In this document: positions 62,471 to 64,000 of the stretch, piece after piece
Layout of the letters: each line of letters starts with the position of its first letter
How positions within the stretch are numbered: the first letter of the stretch is position 1
Assembly (NCBI GenBank): GCA_002104905.1
Contig: MCFE01000391.1
Coordinates: forward strand, 18,821 to 82,820
Origin: Basidiobolus meristosporus CBS 931.73
Lineage: Eukaryota; Fungi; Basidiobolomycota
Length of the DNA: 64,000 nucleotides
Direction of reading: 5' to 3'
Position numbers and translations under genes: made by a program
Notes under the pieces: model-generated
The model's database searches: none
Told to the model about the DNA's origin: nothing
Seen by the model: the letters and a program-made list of their open reading frames with translations, nothing else

Positions 62471-64000
62471 GGGAGACAGTCACCAACAGGTGAAATCTTT
62501 ATTTCAGTTGAAACAAAGAAGCCAGCGCTACTGTTGTAGCTTTGATACAAGAGTGTGGAGCTGAGGGGAATTTGTAGGTAAGTTAATAAGAAGTGATGAT
62601 AGTTCTTCAGTGCTCAAGACACTGTTCAGTGGGAAGGGGGGTAGCAAGAGAGGTAAGAATGACTTGTGAACAACATTAATAAGGGGAATGTGATAAGGAT
62701 TGATATTCATCATAAAGGGAGTGTGCTGCTGCAGATATTGCTGCCAAAGGTCTGTCAAGTACTTCAGGTAGGCCAGCTTGGGTTTTTCTGACTGCAGAAT
62801 ATAGTGAGCAAACTTCTTGACTTCAGGATCTCCAAGTATAGTTCTCCAGCAGGAGCTAGGTGTTGTGTGGTGTGTTCTCTTCCAGGCCTTAATCAGTGGG
62901 TTGTTGCAGTTGTGAAGTCTGAGGTATAATCTGGTTCTAAGGTAGAGAAGTCTGATCTTATAGGGCATAAACCCAAAAGCACCAAGAATAGCATGTCTGT
63001 AGGGGACATTCAGGCAAATGAGGCACCAAGGAGGTAATGCACCATACTGCAAACTTGTCAAGCTTAGTGCAGTCTCTAGAAGTAAGAGAGAGAAGTGGTA
63101 AGCCAAATTCCAGGACAGGGAAGACAAACTGCTTGAGTAGAAGGAGGCAGCTGGGAGCTGAAGTTGTAGGAGGAGTAACAGCCAGTAGCTTGTGGAGTGC
63201 CTGTCTTGCCAGGATAATTCTCTTCTTCAGGTGTGCTCCAGAGTCTAGTCCAGTAGGAAGGAAAGGAAAGCCAAGATATGTAGCAGAAACCTGAGCAGGT
63301 AGAGTGGAGTTCTCCAAGTTGATGGGAGAGCCCAAAGGTACTGTCTTTGCAATGGAAAGCTGGAGATTATTCTTCTGCAGATACTGGTGGATGGTCTGGG
63401 AGTCTTGTCGCACATTGGAGGAGGATATTCTGATGTCATCAGCAAAGAGAGTGACCAGGCAGTCAGCTGAGAGTCTTGGGAAATCATTCAGGAAGATGGC
63501 AAACAGTATAGGACCAAGCACAGAGCCTTGAACCACTCCATTAGGAACTGAGAACACAGCTGATTGCTCACTTGGGTGCAGAATTCTTGCTTGTGGATCC
63601 AGAAACAGAGACCTGACAAGGAGGGTGAGAGAGGTACTGGAGAAGCATTGCAACTTGGACCAAAGCAGATTTCTGTCAACTGAATCAAAGGCCTTAGTAA
63701 TATCAAACAGAACAGAGGGATACTTGCACTGGAGAGAGTGATCTTGGCTAAGTATGACTGCATATTCCAAGGAGAGGCCAGGAACAAAGCCAAACTGTGC
63801 AGGATGAAACTTGAGGGAGTCAGAGTAGAGCTCCTGAGCAAGCAGAAGCTCAAACACCTTTCTGCAGGTGGGCAGCAGAGATATTGGCCTGTAGGAGCTA
63901 GGATCCAGGTGCTTTCCTTTACCCTTGTACAGTGGCAGAACATTTGCAAAGGACCATTCCTCAGGAGTAGAAAGCTGGGCTGAGCATTGCTGAAACAGTG
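62471..64000 (-). mobile_element. Same LINE, copy B (3' 1.5 kb), head-to-tail with copy A, continues beyond the window
   Basis: 62474-64000 is near-identical to 59129-60658; RT ORF 62958-63857. Confidence 0.97.

Noticed and set aside
59125-64000. Penelope-like (Athena/Coprina) or telomerase identity for the telomere-joined RT
   Set aside because: The RT has standard LINE motifs (YRPISLL, KAFD, QGSVLGP, FADD) and an N-terminal APE domain.

Overview
Fungal nuclear DNA: short 50-70 nt GT-AG introns, Zn2Cys6 and APSES transcription factors, TTAGGG repeats. An early-diverging, non-Dikarya lineage is my inference. There are three compartments. (1) 1-~12.45 kb is a nearly CpG-free graveyard of nested transposons: two PIF/Harbinger (IS5-like DDE) copies, a long fold-back palindrome, two Ty1/copia fragments, a copia solo LTR and a Ty3/gypsy integrase scrap. 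(2) ~12.5-56.3 kb is normal-CpG gene territory: an Msn2/4-type C2H2 factor, a 3319-aa ATM/Tel1 kinase, an Ert1/AcuK-type Zn2Cys6-PAS factor, a Cys-rich GPI protein, a probable Zn-ribbon orphan, a hidden 3-exon 78-aa membrane microprotein, RPL2, an extended SDR, a CSC1/OSCA channel and an Xbp1-like APSES factor. (3) ~56.4-64 kb looks subtelomeric: GC hairpins, a 155-bp satellite, then (TTAGGG)3 fused directly to the tail-less, C-tract 3' end of an APE+RT LINE. A second near-identical LINE copy follows head-to-tail and is again joined through TTAGGG. The best candidate for an undescribed system is this LINE array, which appears to prime on TTAGGG. Its EN-RT frame is also separated from the upstream frame by a single UGA-CUA codon. 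All calls come from reading the sequence by eye; no searches or counts were run.
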